DNA from: Chiloscyllium plagiosum
Lineage: Eukaryota
Length of the DNA: 64,000 bases
Assembly: GCF_004010195.1 (NCBI RefSeq)
Contig: NC_057720.1
Coordinates: 35,789,345 to 35,853,344 of the forward strand
Reading direction: 5' to 3'
Shown here: in pieces, positions 50,929 through 63,589 of the stretch
Layout: each line of letters opens with the position of its first letter
How positions within the stretch are numbered: position 1 is the first letter of the stretch
Translations under genes and position numbers: made by a program
The notes under the pieces: generated by a model
What the model was told of the DNA's origin: nothing
The model's input: the letters and a program-made list of their open reading frames with translations, nothing else
The model's database searches: none

Positions 50929-52399
50929 AATTGAGTGAACTATTTTCAAAAAGATTTCTTTAAAATATTTTTCTCTTGAAAATGTCTAGTCAATTAAATA
51001 TGTGATACATGCTATAATTTATAGGAGCTTCATGAGGCCATTGCTCAGCTGTGAATTGCACTTGCGAGCATATCTTATTCAGTCCTATAGATCCTGAGGT
51101 GGTTTCAACAATGTTTCTAATTAAGAAGAAAACTTCAACCACTGGTCCCCCACTTTTGTAAATTAATATTTCTTTAAATTTGAAAATAGATTGTACACAC
51201 AAGTGTGGAGATTATGGGACAATTTGCTGATTGGTATTGAAAATGGTGAAGGGGTGGGACGGAGTTGATAAAGCATTCGGCAGTGCTAAGGAGTCTAGAG
51301 CTGAGGGAAAGAAGATAGAAGATTAAAGAATGAAAACAGGAGAAACATTTTATATAAAGGAATATGAGACTGTTGTTAGACTGCTGAGGTTGGTAATTAA
51401 ATTAAAGATCATTTCAACTTTGAAAGATAGGTTAGATGGACAGAAAAGCGAAAGGCTAAAGGAATATGCGTACAGGACTGGAACAAAGGGTTGCAGCCTG
51501 GTTAGGTGAAACAGTCGGTTTCTGTGTTTTAATTTCTGAGTATTGAGGTTCATGAACTCTATATCGTCATGTGAAGGTACTGGGGAAGAACAATGTCATT
51601 CGTATCAAAATAATCTGTCTAATGCTCCAGGATCAGTGTTTCCAGCTGAAGCAGAGGCACATATACTTTAGGTGGATGGTAGATGAAAGGCAGAAAAAAA
51701 TTTTTTGTTTCTTCGCTAGTGAAGTCCCATCTTGCACTGAGAATTGAAAAATATAATTGTACTTAATGATAGATGGAAGCACAAATCAGGCAATCAGGCA
51801 GAGGCAAGGCTCAAGAAACCATGACGGTGCCTTCAAGTGAACAGTTTTGTTATTAATTAGATGCATATCCTATAATCCTGGGAATACAATGCCATACTTG
51901 CAATGAACCAGCTGTGTTACTGTCATCTAGAGGTACATTCTCCAACTGAAGAAATGCAAGAAGAAGAGGAACAACTGAATGTTAGATAGACATGGACAGA
52001 GATTTAGTTTGTGATGCTTTGGTCATCCTTTTCTTTGTTGGACTAAATGTTAGGTTGGGCTTTTTCATTTCGGAATGTCTATCTATTAAGCCTACATATT
52101 ATACCTTTGATCATTGCATTATAAAGACATCATCGACCACAACTTTCATATCTGTCATAAATTTATTTTAACTCAAAATAAAAGGATGTATTTTATGGTA
52201 TCGCATATATTTTGCTACACTGGAAGATTTGTGGATCTCTTGCATGATCCTTGCGATTTTGGTGATCGCTTAGAAAGCATTGGGTAAGTCGATCCTATAA
52301 AAAAGATACTTCATTAGGTACATCAATTAGTTTTATTAAAATCTAAACCAATAGATTGGAAAATTTAAACTACGCAACACAAAAGCAATTCACCCTGTT

Positions 52400-52900
52400 A
52401 GCATCACAGATTATCCTCGATAGAATAAAGCACAGAAAAGATTAATAAATTAACTGATGCAATAGTTGCAGTAGGATGAGAACAGATTGTTCAGTTTGTT
52501 GTGTCTCTGTTCCTGCACTTGTCAGCTTTGCAGCTAGCTCATTTCAATTTGCCCCAAGGCCCTGCTGACACTGTGTGTATGCACAGAAAGTTAAATTCTC
52601 CTCTGATCAATAACGAAGAAGTGTTCCTTCTGCCCAGTCGATATTTTTTTTATCTGTCTTCTGCCCCATTCTGCTGATGGCAGCTTTTGTGAGGAAAGTC
52701 ACTCAAGGGCACCAGGCAAGGCTCAGCTACTTTTTTTCTCCCCCTGCTAAAAGTTAACAGATTTGGCCTTTTGCTAATAACAGCTTTATGATTTATCTCT
52801 ATTTTAATTGGAAAATTTGTGAATTAATTGATTTTTCTTACTTTCCAATTAACATTGTAATTGGCTGCGTAATAAATTCTACGGCACCCTACAAATGAGG
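52400..52900. promoter_or_regulatory. Candidate conserved non-coding enhancer
   Basis: Repeat-free; TGATTTAT/TTTATGA (Hox-Pbx), several TAATTG, TGACA and SOX-like motifs; retained CpGs. Confidence 0.45.
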
Positions 52901-54802
52901 GTTGACATAAAGATTGAGGGGGACATGGGAAGGCTGCATGACACACCCTATGATCTAAAAACACTAATAAAGCATGTTATTTTAACATATCCCTGGGTGA
53001 GCTTGGAGGCATAAATTCACAGCTGTGAGGTTACAGGAACTGACACTATTAAGTGCTTTGACAGAAAGTTCTGACAGGTCTCCTCATGGGCTGACCTGAT
53101 TGATCTATAGCTCTGTCCATTGACAGCCTCAGGAAAGCCAAGCCAAGAGGGAGAAGAGATCAGCTTCCTGGTGCAGGAACTGACTTGCAAAGACTTGGGG
53201 CAGCTGTAAACAAGTGACAGGGCATAACAGGACTGCACTGTGGGTGTCAGGTACAAGGCTGTAATGTCCTTATCTAACATATTTTGGCAACTTATTAGGA
53301 AATTGTCAGAGCCAGGTTAGCTATTTTACAAGAAGTGAATTCCTAAGTTTAAGAAAAATGTTTTCCTTGCCTGGTTTAGACTTTTTAAAAGACTTTTTTT
53401 CATTCATAGTATTAACAGATTAGCCCTATTCTCTATAAAGTAGAATTTAAAAAAACAGATTTTCAAAAAGGCTGATTTCTTTGAATTAAGAGTTAAATGT
53501 ACATGGAATATTAAATCATGAAATACTGTGAATCAACAAACTGATGCACAATTTTGCACAGTTATGTTCAGACTCTGAGCATATTGAAAAATCATAATCC
53601 TTTCACATGTCTTGTTTACATTTGCAAAAGGTATCACTTGTATTTTCTGGATTGTTTTAGAGTGAATATTTCCAGTTGTAGAACAAATACAAGTAAATTC
53701 CAAGTATTTTTAATGTAACTTCCTATTTCTGTTTTAATAATTACATTACTTCATATTTCCTAAAGTTAACTATTTTTTAACCCAATTCTTTGCAGATTAT
53801 GTAAGATCTCAAATGATATTGGTAGGAATGTTTTTGGCAGTGTTGGAAATATCTCTGATGACATTATCTTAAGGCTTGTGGTGAATTACATTGGCTGCAC
53901 AGTTAGTAAAGGAGAAACATCAAATTATGCATTTAGATTATTCTATTTGTATTTCTTTGAATATTTCTAAATTGAAGAAATCACTGCATACAACTTCACA
54001 GCAAAACGGTAAAATAACAAAAGAGGTTGAGAAATAGGGTATGATTTATGTAACAAGTTACTATTTTTATAGTAATCAGAAATAACATTTGAATACATAA
54101 ATAGGAACATAAAATATATTAATAGTTATTTTCTGGGACTGGTGCTGTAAATCATATCATCTTTATAGCTTCTGACTTGTATTCCAGCCTAAACATGTGT
54201 TAGCTTCAATTTAGTTATTACTCATTGAATTATGTTCCCTACACATTTTTATGAAGAATCTAAACAAACTATGGAAATCTAATTGCAATTTGACATCATT
54301 TTTTAAAAATCCTGTGCTTCAATTATCTTCCAACGTGAGGTGTAGTGCCCCCCGATGCATATGCGCATGCACTAAGAAAGGTTAGAGTTTCTAATACATT
54401 CCTACCTCCCATATTATTCCATTGACAAACAAGTAATGACTGAGAGGGCAAGAAAAATGGAACTTGGTGGCTGGACAATTTTTACTCCAGATTGATTTTT
54501 GTTCTATAACTTTCCAGAGAAAACTGTTGATATTTAAGAAATGTGGTACCAGTGCCTGATAATTAATTTTATTTGATCAACACTGCTATCTACAATCTAT
54601 TGTGAGTTAGTCACGTTACCATGTTTTAGGTTTAATAGAAATTATGCAAGTCTAGAATGATCTGTAAAATAATCATTGATTATTGACTGAGATGTCATTT
54701 AGGTTTTAAGGCCAGATTGAAGATATTCATCAGTTCCATCTGCCATCACCCAGGCTTCTACAAATGTGTTTTAATTAACACAATGTGTCCTGTTTTCTTT
54801 AG

Positions 54803-54848
54803 GCTGAATTTCAGATTACTTGAGTCTCTTTTTAAAGAGGCAACAATG
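54803..54848 (+). CDS. Weak candidate 46-nt exon, frame-compatible with the RNF220 exon
   Basis: Acceptor cctgttttctttag, donor atg|gtaatt; open in the phase continuing 18583 (W-LNFRLLESLFKEATM); protein similarity is not convincing. Confidence 0.2.
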
Positions 54849-55089
54849 GTAATTCTGATTTATTTTAGGTATTTGCTTATGTAGGGAAATGCCTCGTGAT
54901 ATGTTAAATGTGGATGTATGAGATGGGAGCAGGAGGTAGACTATTTGACCCTCTGAACTGGGTCTGCCTTTTGATCATATCATGGTTAATCTGGCAGTGG
55001 CATCAACCCACTTTCCTGGCTACCCTATATAAATATGAATATTGTATGTGAAATTTAAATATGAAAGTTGAAACAGTATTTCTTTCAGC

Positions 55090-55385
55090 ATATTTTGCCC
55101 ATCCCTAATTGCCCTCGAACTGAATGGCTTGCTAGGCCATTTCAGAAGGCAGTTCAGTGTCAACCACATTTCTGTGGGTGTGGGCCCACATTGTAAGGAA
55201 GGCAGATTATCATCCCTAAAGGAGTTCCTCTCTTTCAGATGAGTTATAACCACAATTGATTATGGTTTCCTGCTCAGTGTTGCTGAGACTAAATTTCAAT
55301 CCCACTTTTATTAACTGAATTGAAATTCCACCAGCTGCTGTGGTGGAATTGAACCTCAGATACAGAGCATTAGGCTTGGCCTCTG
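55090..55385 (-). mobile_element. Old tRNA-derived SINE (second family)
   Basis: Reverse strand has a B-box-like ggttcaattccaccacagcagctggtggaattt; similar to 63590-64000. Confidence 0.65.
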
Positions 55386-55398
55386 GATGACATTACCA

Positions 55399-55557
55399 GT
55401 GTCAAGATTAGAGTGGTGCTGGAATTCCTGATGAAGGGCTTTTGCCCAAAACATCGATTTTCCTGCTCCTTGGATGCTGCCTGAACTGCTGTGCTTTTCC
55501 AGCACCACTCTAATCTTGACTCTGATCTCCAGCATCTGCAGTACTCACTTTCTCCTT
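55399..55557 (+). mobile_element. PLE family A insertion with short inverted arm and TSD
   Basis: 24-bp inverted arm 55401-55424, then ttcCTGATGAagggcttttgcccaaaacatcg..., tail; TSD gatgacattacca at 55386-55398 and 55558-55570. Confidence 0.88.
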
Positions 55558-55624
55558 GATGACATTACCATGCTGGTGACACTGAAGATGCTGTGATTAT
55601 GGTTAAAATCTTGAGCAAAATATA

Positions 55625-55880
55625 CTGTGGGTGCTGCAAATCTGAAATAAAAGAAAATCCTGGAAATACTCAGTATCTGTGGAGAGACAAAAGAAGTTTC
55701 ACAAACCTGGAATCATACAGTAAAGGCCCTTTGCCCCATCGAGTCTGCACTGACAAATCAGTGGCTTTTGTCAAATCATTTGATGGAAGGTCGTTGACCT
55801 GAAATATTAACTTCATTTCTCTCTCCATAGATGCTGCCTGATCTGCTGAGTTTTTACAGTTTTTCTGTTTTCTTTATTAT
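55625..55880. mobile_element. Old inverted PLE pLTR remnants
   Basis: Degenerate arms related to 47788-47910 (gacctgaaatattaac...gatgctgcctgatctgctgag). Confidence 0.5.
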
Positions 55881-56267
55881 TGCTTTTATTTACTCACACA
55901 GAGTTGAGCACTTGAAGGCACCAGAAGCAAGTGTTAAACCTTATTTACATATAATATGGATTAATGCCTGCTTCAGTTGTTGGCCAAGGGCCGAGGTGCG
56001 ATTTGTGGCAGAAGCGTGCATATATATGTGGGGATTGGAGACAACATTGATTCCAAACAGAATCTAAATGGATCAAATGATAAGTGTAACTGATCCCAAG
56101 TTTGCAACCTTCAGTTACTAAAATAAATGTAGATACTTACTGGACAGACCTGTAATTAGTTGTCAAGATATGCATCTCATTAATGAAGAAAACACTGGCA
56201 CAAGCATTCTTTCGGCTTGTGCCTATGATTCACAACTTTGTGATTTATTGGTTGTGTATTCCAGATA

Positions 56268-56490
56268 GGGGTTTAACTAGCTCAGTTGGCTGGATAGTAA
56301 GAATGATGGCAATAGCACAGGTTCAATTCTCACACCAGTTGAAGTTACTGTGAAGGTCCCACCTTCTCAACTATGCCTCCAGTGATGGGCATGGTGGCCC
56401 TCAGGTTAAACTCACCACCAGTTGTCTCTCTCTTTCTTATTAATGAGAGAATAGCCCTATGGTGCACTGAGATTATGGTGATTTTACAAT
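56268..56490 (+). mobile_element. Old tRNA-derived SINE-like element
   Basis: A-box-like tagctcagttgg and B-box-like ggttcaattct. Confidence 0.45.
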
Positions 56491-58299
56491 CCAGAGATGA
56501 GAGACGCTTGAATTCCAACATTGCATCAGCTCTCCCATTTGAGTGACAATTGATGGAAGTCCAAATTAAAATTTCCAACTTGGTCTGCTTAAGCTATAGT
56601 ACAGTGTAATAATAATCACTTTAAATGAGATGAAATAATATCAATCCAAGAAATTCAAAGGATACGGTGTTCCATTAGGAAGCATAATATGACCAGCACA
56701 AAGGACAGAAATTCTAATGAATTTTTGTTCAAGCATGCAAAGATATAGACCTATTTCCCTGAGTAATAGGTAGGAGCCCAACATTTTAAGCAGCACAGGT
56801 AAAGGTGGTCTGAGTAAGTCCTAGCTTTGGGCTCAAAGCTAGCAATGTAGATAACTCGCACAGCCTGTATTTGCTCTTATCTTCCGATAAAGGATTAACA
56901 AAACTGTATTATACAAACTCGATCAGAGCATAATACACAAACATATATTAAAAATCCTTTTGTACAAGACAGCATTATTAGATTAAAGCATTTGTGTCCT
57001 GCGCAGCAGCAAATAATGGCAAATAAGCTTCCATATGATTTTTCTTATCTTGTGATGAAGAGGATGAAATCTACAAAGCTAATAGCAGTTGTGTGTGTGA
57101 GCATCAGAGGAAAAGTATTATTGCAGCACTTAGCTGGTAAATTTGATGTAAGCTAACACTTCTGATAGGTTTTAGATGAGTGTTTCATTATTGAACATTT
57201 AGCTCTGAGCATTCCCATCTCTGTAACACTGATATATTATAACCTTTGTTTACGTTCAGCTTTGTTTATGGGCCCCTCACCAACAAGAACTCTATCAAAC
57301 AGCCAATCCCTCTTACACTACCTTATATATCATGACACAAAGTATAAAACACATTGATTATGAGTCCTCACTGCAAAAAAAAGTATAAAATTTCTTCTCT
57401 CTGAACCATTTTTGGACAGACCAAGACGTCTTTTATTACACCTATTATTAATACTGATGATGAAAGAGCAACATTATAGTTGTGAATAATAAAAAAAATT
57501 GAGGAGGAAAGGACAGCAACAGAGAAGCGAGGTTACTCTGGCCTTTAAGTATCTCAAGTAGATACATGTCTCAGTTCAAATAGTGAATCGAAGAATTAAT
57601 TCAAACATGTAAAGCTTTTATATGGTTGTGCTCACAGAACAACATTTCAGTTGCATTGTTCTGAACATATTTTTGCAAGAATTCTTTGATATAACTCATT
57701 TCCTGTGGCTTTTTATAAGTTAATTCCTTAATATATATTTTGAATGATACCCTGTTATAATTTTGAACCCCAAACCATCTCCTAAGACTAACACTTTCAA
57801 GAACTTAGTTGGTTTTGTAAAGTGTTTATAATCTTTACAAGTGCATGCCACAGGACTTCTGTTACATTAGTGAGCACTTTGCAGGCCACTTTGATATGGA
57901 TAACTTGAATTGCAGGTACGATCAGAAGTTCTGAATGGTTTTTGACTCTCTGGTACAAATTGCATGGATAGAGCAAAAAACACAGGAAGGGTGGGAAATC
58001 AGTCAAATGCCATGATCAATGTTAGAACTACTAACACAGACTGTGGTACATTTGAGGATTTGCAGATGGAGTTTATAGATCTAGGCACTTGGTTGAAAAA
58101 ACCTCTTCCAGATTGTGTCAGTGCCACACACTGGATCCAATAAGTGGACCAAGGTAAATGTGCAGACGGAGGTAGAAAATGTTCATATTCCTAAACACAG
58201 CAAAGATTTCTAGAACAAGAGAAGACCAGTGGCTGGATGGAGATGGGGTTGGAATTTAAAGTTTGGAGAAAGCTATTGAAATAGGAACAGAAATATAAA

Positions 58300-59365
58300 T
58301 TAAAATATACAAAGAGAAAATACAATCAATATGAAAAAATAAAATAAATACACTGAGATAGTGAGGGGCATAAAGACTGATGCAGAAGGATCGTTACATG
58401 TAAATCTAAGTACGAAAATGAAGGTAAAAAGATTAAAGTTACAAAAAAAAGCCATAAATCTGTGAGTTCAAAAGATCATTGGATTCAAAATTAGAGTTAG
58501 AAGCGAAACAATTATAGTATAACGATAACTTAGTCAAAGTGGGGAACTTTGTTTTACCAATATATGCGGGATTACTCATTAGATGAGGATGTGGAAAAAT
58601 ATGGGTTGATGATGTCCTGGAAAGTGAGCTGAGCCAAATAATCGATGTGGACAATTGATGTGAGAACAATTACTATATAATGAGCCTAACATATTTGTTA
58701 CAGATAAATGAAGGAGATAATCTGATTCTGAAAGTATGGAAAGATCAAGATGTTTAAATCAATGGGCTATGATTGCTTGCTTACTAAACTGTTGCTAGAA
58801 GTCAGAAAAACAACAGTAAAAGCACCAGCCACAATTTTTCAATTTTCCTCAAATAGATAATTGGTGCCAAGGGTCAGGAGGGTGCTGTTGGAAAACTTTG
58901 TTTGAAGGAAGGAAACAAGGATAATATGGGTAAAAATGGATTAGTCATTTTCCAATCCGAGATAATTGTTTTGAGATAATTGGGAATACAGTAGGTGCAC
59001 AGCGTTCTTTTTTGGACGCTTTCAATAATGATTGTGACAGCTTTATTGAAAATTTCAGGCACGCAAAATAAGAACAACATAGAACAATACAGATATAAAG
59101 TGCCTGATAGCCAGAAAACAAGGAATTTGTTCTTGCATAGGCAAGAGAAAATATATGTACATACAACATTGGCTGTTGACATTAAAGCATCAGAAAACAT
59201 AATGAGAAGGCAGTAAACATACCTTCAGGAAGACATATACATTTTGGAGGATTAGAAAGACAGATGGCGGATGAGTAGAGATCAAGGCAGAGAAATGGGT
59301 TTGAGTTACTCTGGACAATGCCAACACAGAGACAATGGGCCAACTGGTGTCCTTCTGGGGTTCTG
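58300..59365 (+). mobile_element. Very decayed CR1-like LINE
   Basis: Scattered CR1 ORF2 remnants and a CR1-like tail (atgggccaactggtgtccttctg). Confidence 0.4.
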
Positions 59366-59949
59366 ATGGTCAACTAGAAGGTAGTGGTCCTGTGATATCA
59401 CTGAGTGAATATTGTGAAATATGTATACCTTCTAGTTTTATATGATCTTTTAGTCACAGAGATCCCCTGGCAGCTTACTCTGAATGTGTAAAATTGACTG
59501 GAAAGTTAATTATATTGATCATCAGAAATGGGACACTGCAGTATTGTTATACAACAAAAGTGAGCCTGAAGCTTGTTGAATACACCAGGGACTTGAATAC
59601 TGCTCGATTTCAAGTGTTTCTGGGCTGTGGCCTCACTTCACCCTTTGAGAAAAGGACAATAACGAAAATAATTTAAAGACAGACATTGAAAGTGCTGCTC
59701 TTCACCCTTCTCCTGTGTTATAAGTAGAATCACATTGGATAATGCCTGAATGCAAAACCTTCAGTCTAAAATCCAATTATTCAATTGGTTACGCTTTGAA
59801 CATTTGTGGTTTTCAATTAATTATTTCTTCTTCACAAGACAGTACTAAAAGCAAGTCAATAATTTCCCCAAGAAAACAAATATGTAAAACTCAAAACCGG
59901 ATTTTTCTTCCTTTTTCAAAGGAACTATTAACTTTGTTGAATGCTAATT

Positions 59950-61100
59950 TGTGAGCATTGATTATCACCCCAAAGCTGGAAGAAGCCAGTTATCATTTTT
60001 AATTGGTTTAATTTGATCTATTTTACACAAAGTATTAATGACCCTATTTGACAAAATGCATAACAAGCTTCTAGAGATATTTGTGATAAGTTGCATTTTG
60101 ACAACTAACATAATCTGTCCCTTTGTTTTCTGTGAATGAATTATCGGAAGAATTGACACCACCTCCCAGACAGCATAGTGCTCTCTTTTTATTCTCTTAT
60201 TCAACCAAACAGTCTGCTAGGTTTCACAACAACTCTATAGAAAAAAGAGATAATCTGCCTTTTTTGGTTTTTCCACTTTTTACTTTTCCTTTCCTTTCTC
60301 TTTTTTTTTGTGAATCTGTTAGTCTCTTTTTGACTTCTTCAAATTGTCACTGGCAGGTTGTAGCTCCTATGCTGCCTGAGAAATATGTGAATTTGAGATT
60401 TTATTTCTTTTAAATCCAGTAAACTGGATTATAAGGAAGACAAAAAAAAACTCATTTGGGCTGCATTATGTACATGATGAAAAGCGAGATGCATGACTGG
60501 ACAGTGGGAAGGCAAGGAATTTCAAATCCACTTTACATCTGTGCAACCCTCTCCTTCTTTCTTTCTGTCTCTCTGTCTCAATAATACTTTCCATTTCCAT
60601 AATGCATTTATTACATTAGTCTTGCCTTATATCAGAAGCTTTTTTCTGTTTCCCTGGTTTGCATGCTGCTTTAAAACAAAATATCCTGGAGGAGCTTAGC
60701 ACCCATGTCTTCAAGAAGCACCTTCAATGCTTATTTCAAGGCATCCGGCCATCTGCCAAATGAAGGTGGATTTAATCTTGTAAAATTAAATTTCGCTCTG
60801 CTGACATACTCGTAGGCATCTGCGGCTGAGCGCTGCGGACAAACTGAACATGACAGGAGCATTGTTTTTTGTCACATCTACTGTGTTGATCTTTTCAAAG
60901 TCTCATAAAAATTTATTGATGTCCCTGTTTGCAGCCTAGGATATTAGTGTCTGCAGCACAGATATGATTTGATCTGTCTTCCCTTATTGGCGACCAGCGC
61001 TTAGTAATGTTTTTTAATACTTGCTGTCTTATAATCAGTCATTCCCAAAGTTGCAAGGCGGATGCAGTTAAGATCTGGCCTTTATAGTAAGCTGGTTCCC
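59950..61100. promoter_or_regulatory. Candidate conserved non-coding enhancer
   Basis: Repeat-free; local CpG retention at 60745-60840; CCATCTG E-box, TTGATCT/TTCAAAG (TCF-like), CATTGT (SOX) and CTCATAAAA (posterior Hox-like) motifs. Confidence 0.45.
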
Positions 61101-63589
61101 CCCTGAGGCTGATGGCATTGGTGCTCTAAGTATGTAATTTTTGTACAATACATTCTCAAGTAGATAGATGTACTTTATAGCATTTACATCATTCAACAGT
61201 TAAGTGTGTGATGAGGGAAGGGGAAGAAAACAGTTACAAATTTGATGTGACAAAAGGAAATCATTATTTCTCGGTGCTGTTTTCGTTTGCAAAAGAATAA
61301 TGTACATCTGCCACTGCATAATTACTTTAATAAAAAATTTATTTCCAACTCATTTTCTAAAGCTGTATAATTGTTTCAAATTGAACTTGTCTAAAAGGGG
61401 AAATTTCATAAGGGACTAGATTGAAACTTCAATAATTTAAATGTATAATTGAAGAGTTTTACTTCAGGGTAATTAATAAGAAAATTCTTCCTGGCTAGAA
61501 TACAGATTAATATGTTCTAAAGGTTAGTAATCTGTTTTATAGAAAACTAATAAAAAAGAATGTTCCCAGAACGGCACCAAATATGTTTTGTCACAATCTA
61601 TCACACACATCTGTCCATTTGTCATTATTACTCTGATAGTAGTTTGTTTGCATTTCTTTGGTGTAATGTTGATTACGTGGTTCTATATAGTATGAATGTT
61701 TTTAGTGGGGTGCAAATATGAAACCTGCTCCAAAGGCTGGTAAAAAGGACAGAGTTCTTATTTGAGAAGATATAATTCAGTAAGTCCTGATACTGCTTTC
61801 CTCCCTGTATAGCCTCCTGCAAAATCACATCCATACTTTTCCACAGAGATAAAACAAACTAGTGGAATATCTATAAAGTTGTAAAGTTGATTTTCTCCTG
61901 CTTGTATTACAACTGTAGTCTTACATTATTTTGTGATCACCTTGTAAGAGTCACAGTGATGGAGTACCACCATGCACATATGCATAACAAACCATAGGAT
62001 TGCATCAATAATTCCAAAAACTATAAATTCTTAATCTCATTTATTCCACAAAGGGGCACTGAAGAGAGACCATGCACTCTTACCAAAGCGAAAGAGGGAT
62101 AGATTGAAATAGAAATGACCTGCTGAGTGTTCCCTTGCAAATACTATGGCGGCGTATCACAGAGATCTCCTTCATTTTCTATCTGGGGGTATATGTGTGG
62201 CATGGGAATATTGAGAGATGGAAAAGTGGAAAAGCATAAATTTTCTGCAGGAAAATTAGCACCATGTCTAAATCAACAATATACTGCACCATGGGGCACA
62301 AAATCATGTGATATCAACCTCAATCCACATCCTTTTTTACATCCACACACCCAGCTATGCTGCGGTATAGCAGTTCTAAATGACAGACAGTCCTTGCCAT
62401 ACAGTGGAAAATGGAAGTCATTCTCTTACACCCTGGGAGGTCTGGGACCTAGTCACATGATTACCTGCTCAAAACCCTGGGTTTGTAGTGCTTTGAAACC
62501 AAGAAAAAGAGAGGAAAATAATCATCTCATCACCATATCTTTTTTTAAAAAATGGAAGAATTGTATTTTACAAGTGCGTTGATATTGAGAGAAAGGAAAA
62601 TATATGGAAGTTGCAGGTTATATCTTTGTAATGCACAGAATATAGTCATCAAAAATGGACAGTAGTTTAGAACAGAACAAATTCTGTGATTATTATTACT
62701 GTAATGGTATATGTGACTACCTGATAAATGAGTATCATTATTCTCTTAAATGAGTGGAAATTGAAAATCCCAAACAACTTTTGTTTCACAGCCTATTAGC
62801 TGAATTCTTTTAACTGTTTACGCCTATTAATTGAATTCATTTTTTTTTGCCAGATTACGTATTTTGAACAGGCTTTTAGCCCAAATGACAATCTCTTTGA
62901 GCAAAGCAGTCATCACTTCTGTTATTTGTACAATGTCTCTATTGGCAGTAGATTAGCTATAATAATAAAGGATGATTGTAGAGTGTGGCCACAGGTCTAT
63001 CTAACAGGCTGCACCATGGATTGAGAGGAAACTGTTTTACACTTTTAATTCCTGACAGGACAATCCTTCAAACTTGGCCATGCTATTTGGTGCAATCACT
63101 GGGTATAGGTCAAGGTCTCCAACAGAGACAAGGAAGGAAATTCAGTTGACCTCATGCACCTCCCAGCAGATGGCTTTGGTGAAGATGTTGGAGGCATGAT
63201 AGTCATCAGCTCAGCCTTGCATTCCAGAAGGTGAGGCAGAAGTGAAATATTTTAACATTGGGAATACTTGTGTCAAACTAAATGTTTTAGAAAGGAGCAA
63301 CTTGATTCATAACTTTCTGGAAATTAGGGTACATTTAAAAAATATATTTAACAACCATTTCTGATATCTTCATGATCTCTCTGAGAAGCTGCTGTTTCCC
63401 CACCATACATTTGCTAGGAAAATAGGACTTGAGTGGCAGATAAGCAATAATGACAGGCGATGTGCATTTAAGGATAAAGTGGGAATAATGTGCAGTGTAT
63501 ATGGGGGCTTGGGGATGGATGGGGAAACGGTGAGTGAAAGATTGTAAAGAAATGCAATGGTGGTTTCAGATCGACAATACTGACGTTTT

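Noticed and set aside
1809..55557. Palindromes interpreted as DNA-transposon MITEs, CRISPR repeats or miRNA genes
   Set aside because: Asymmetric tail, 13-14 bp TSD, hammerhead core and linkage to a GIY-YIG ORF indicate PLE origin; there is no repeat-spacer periodicity
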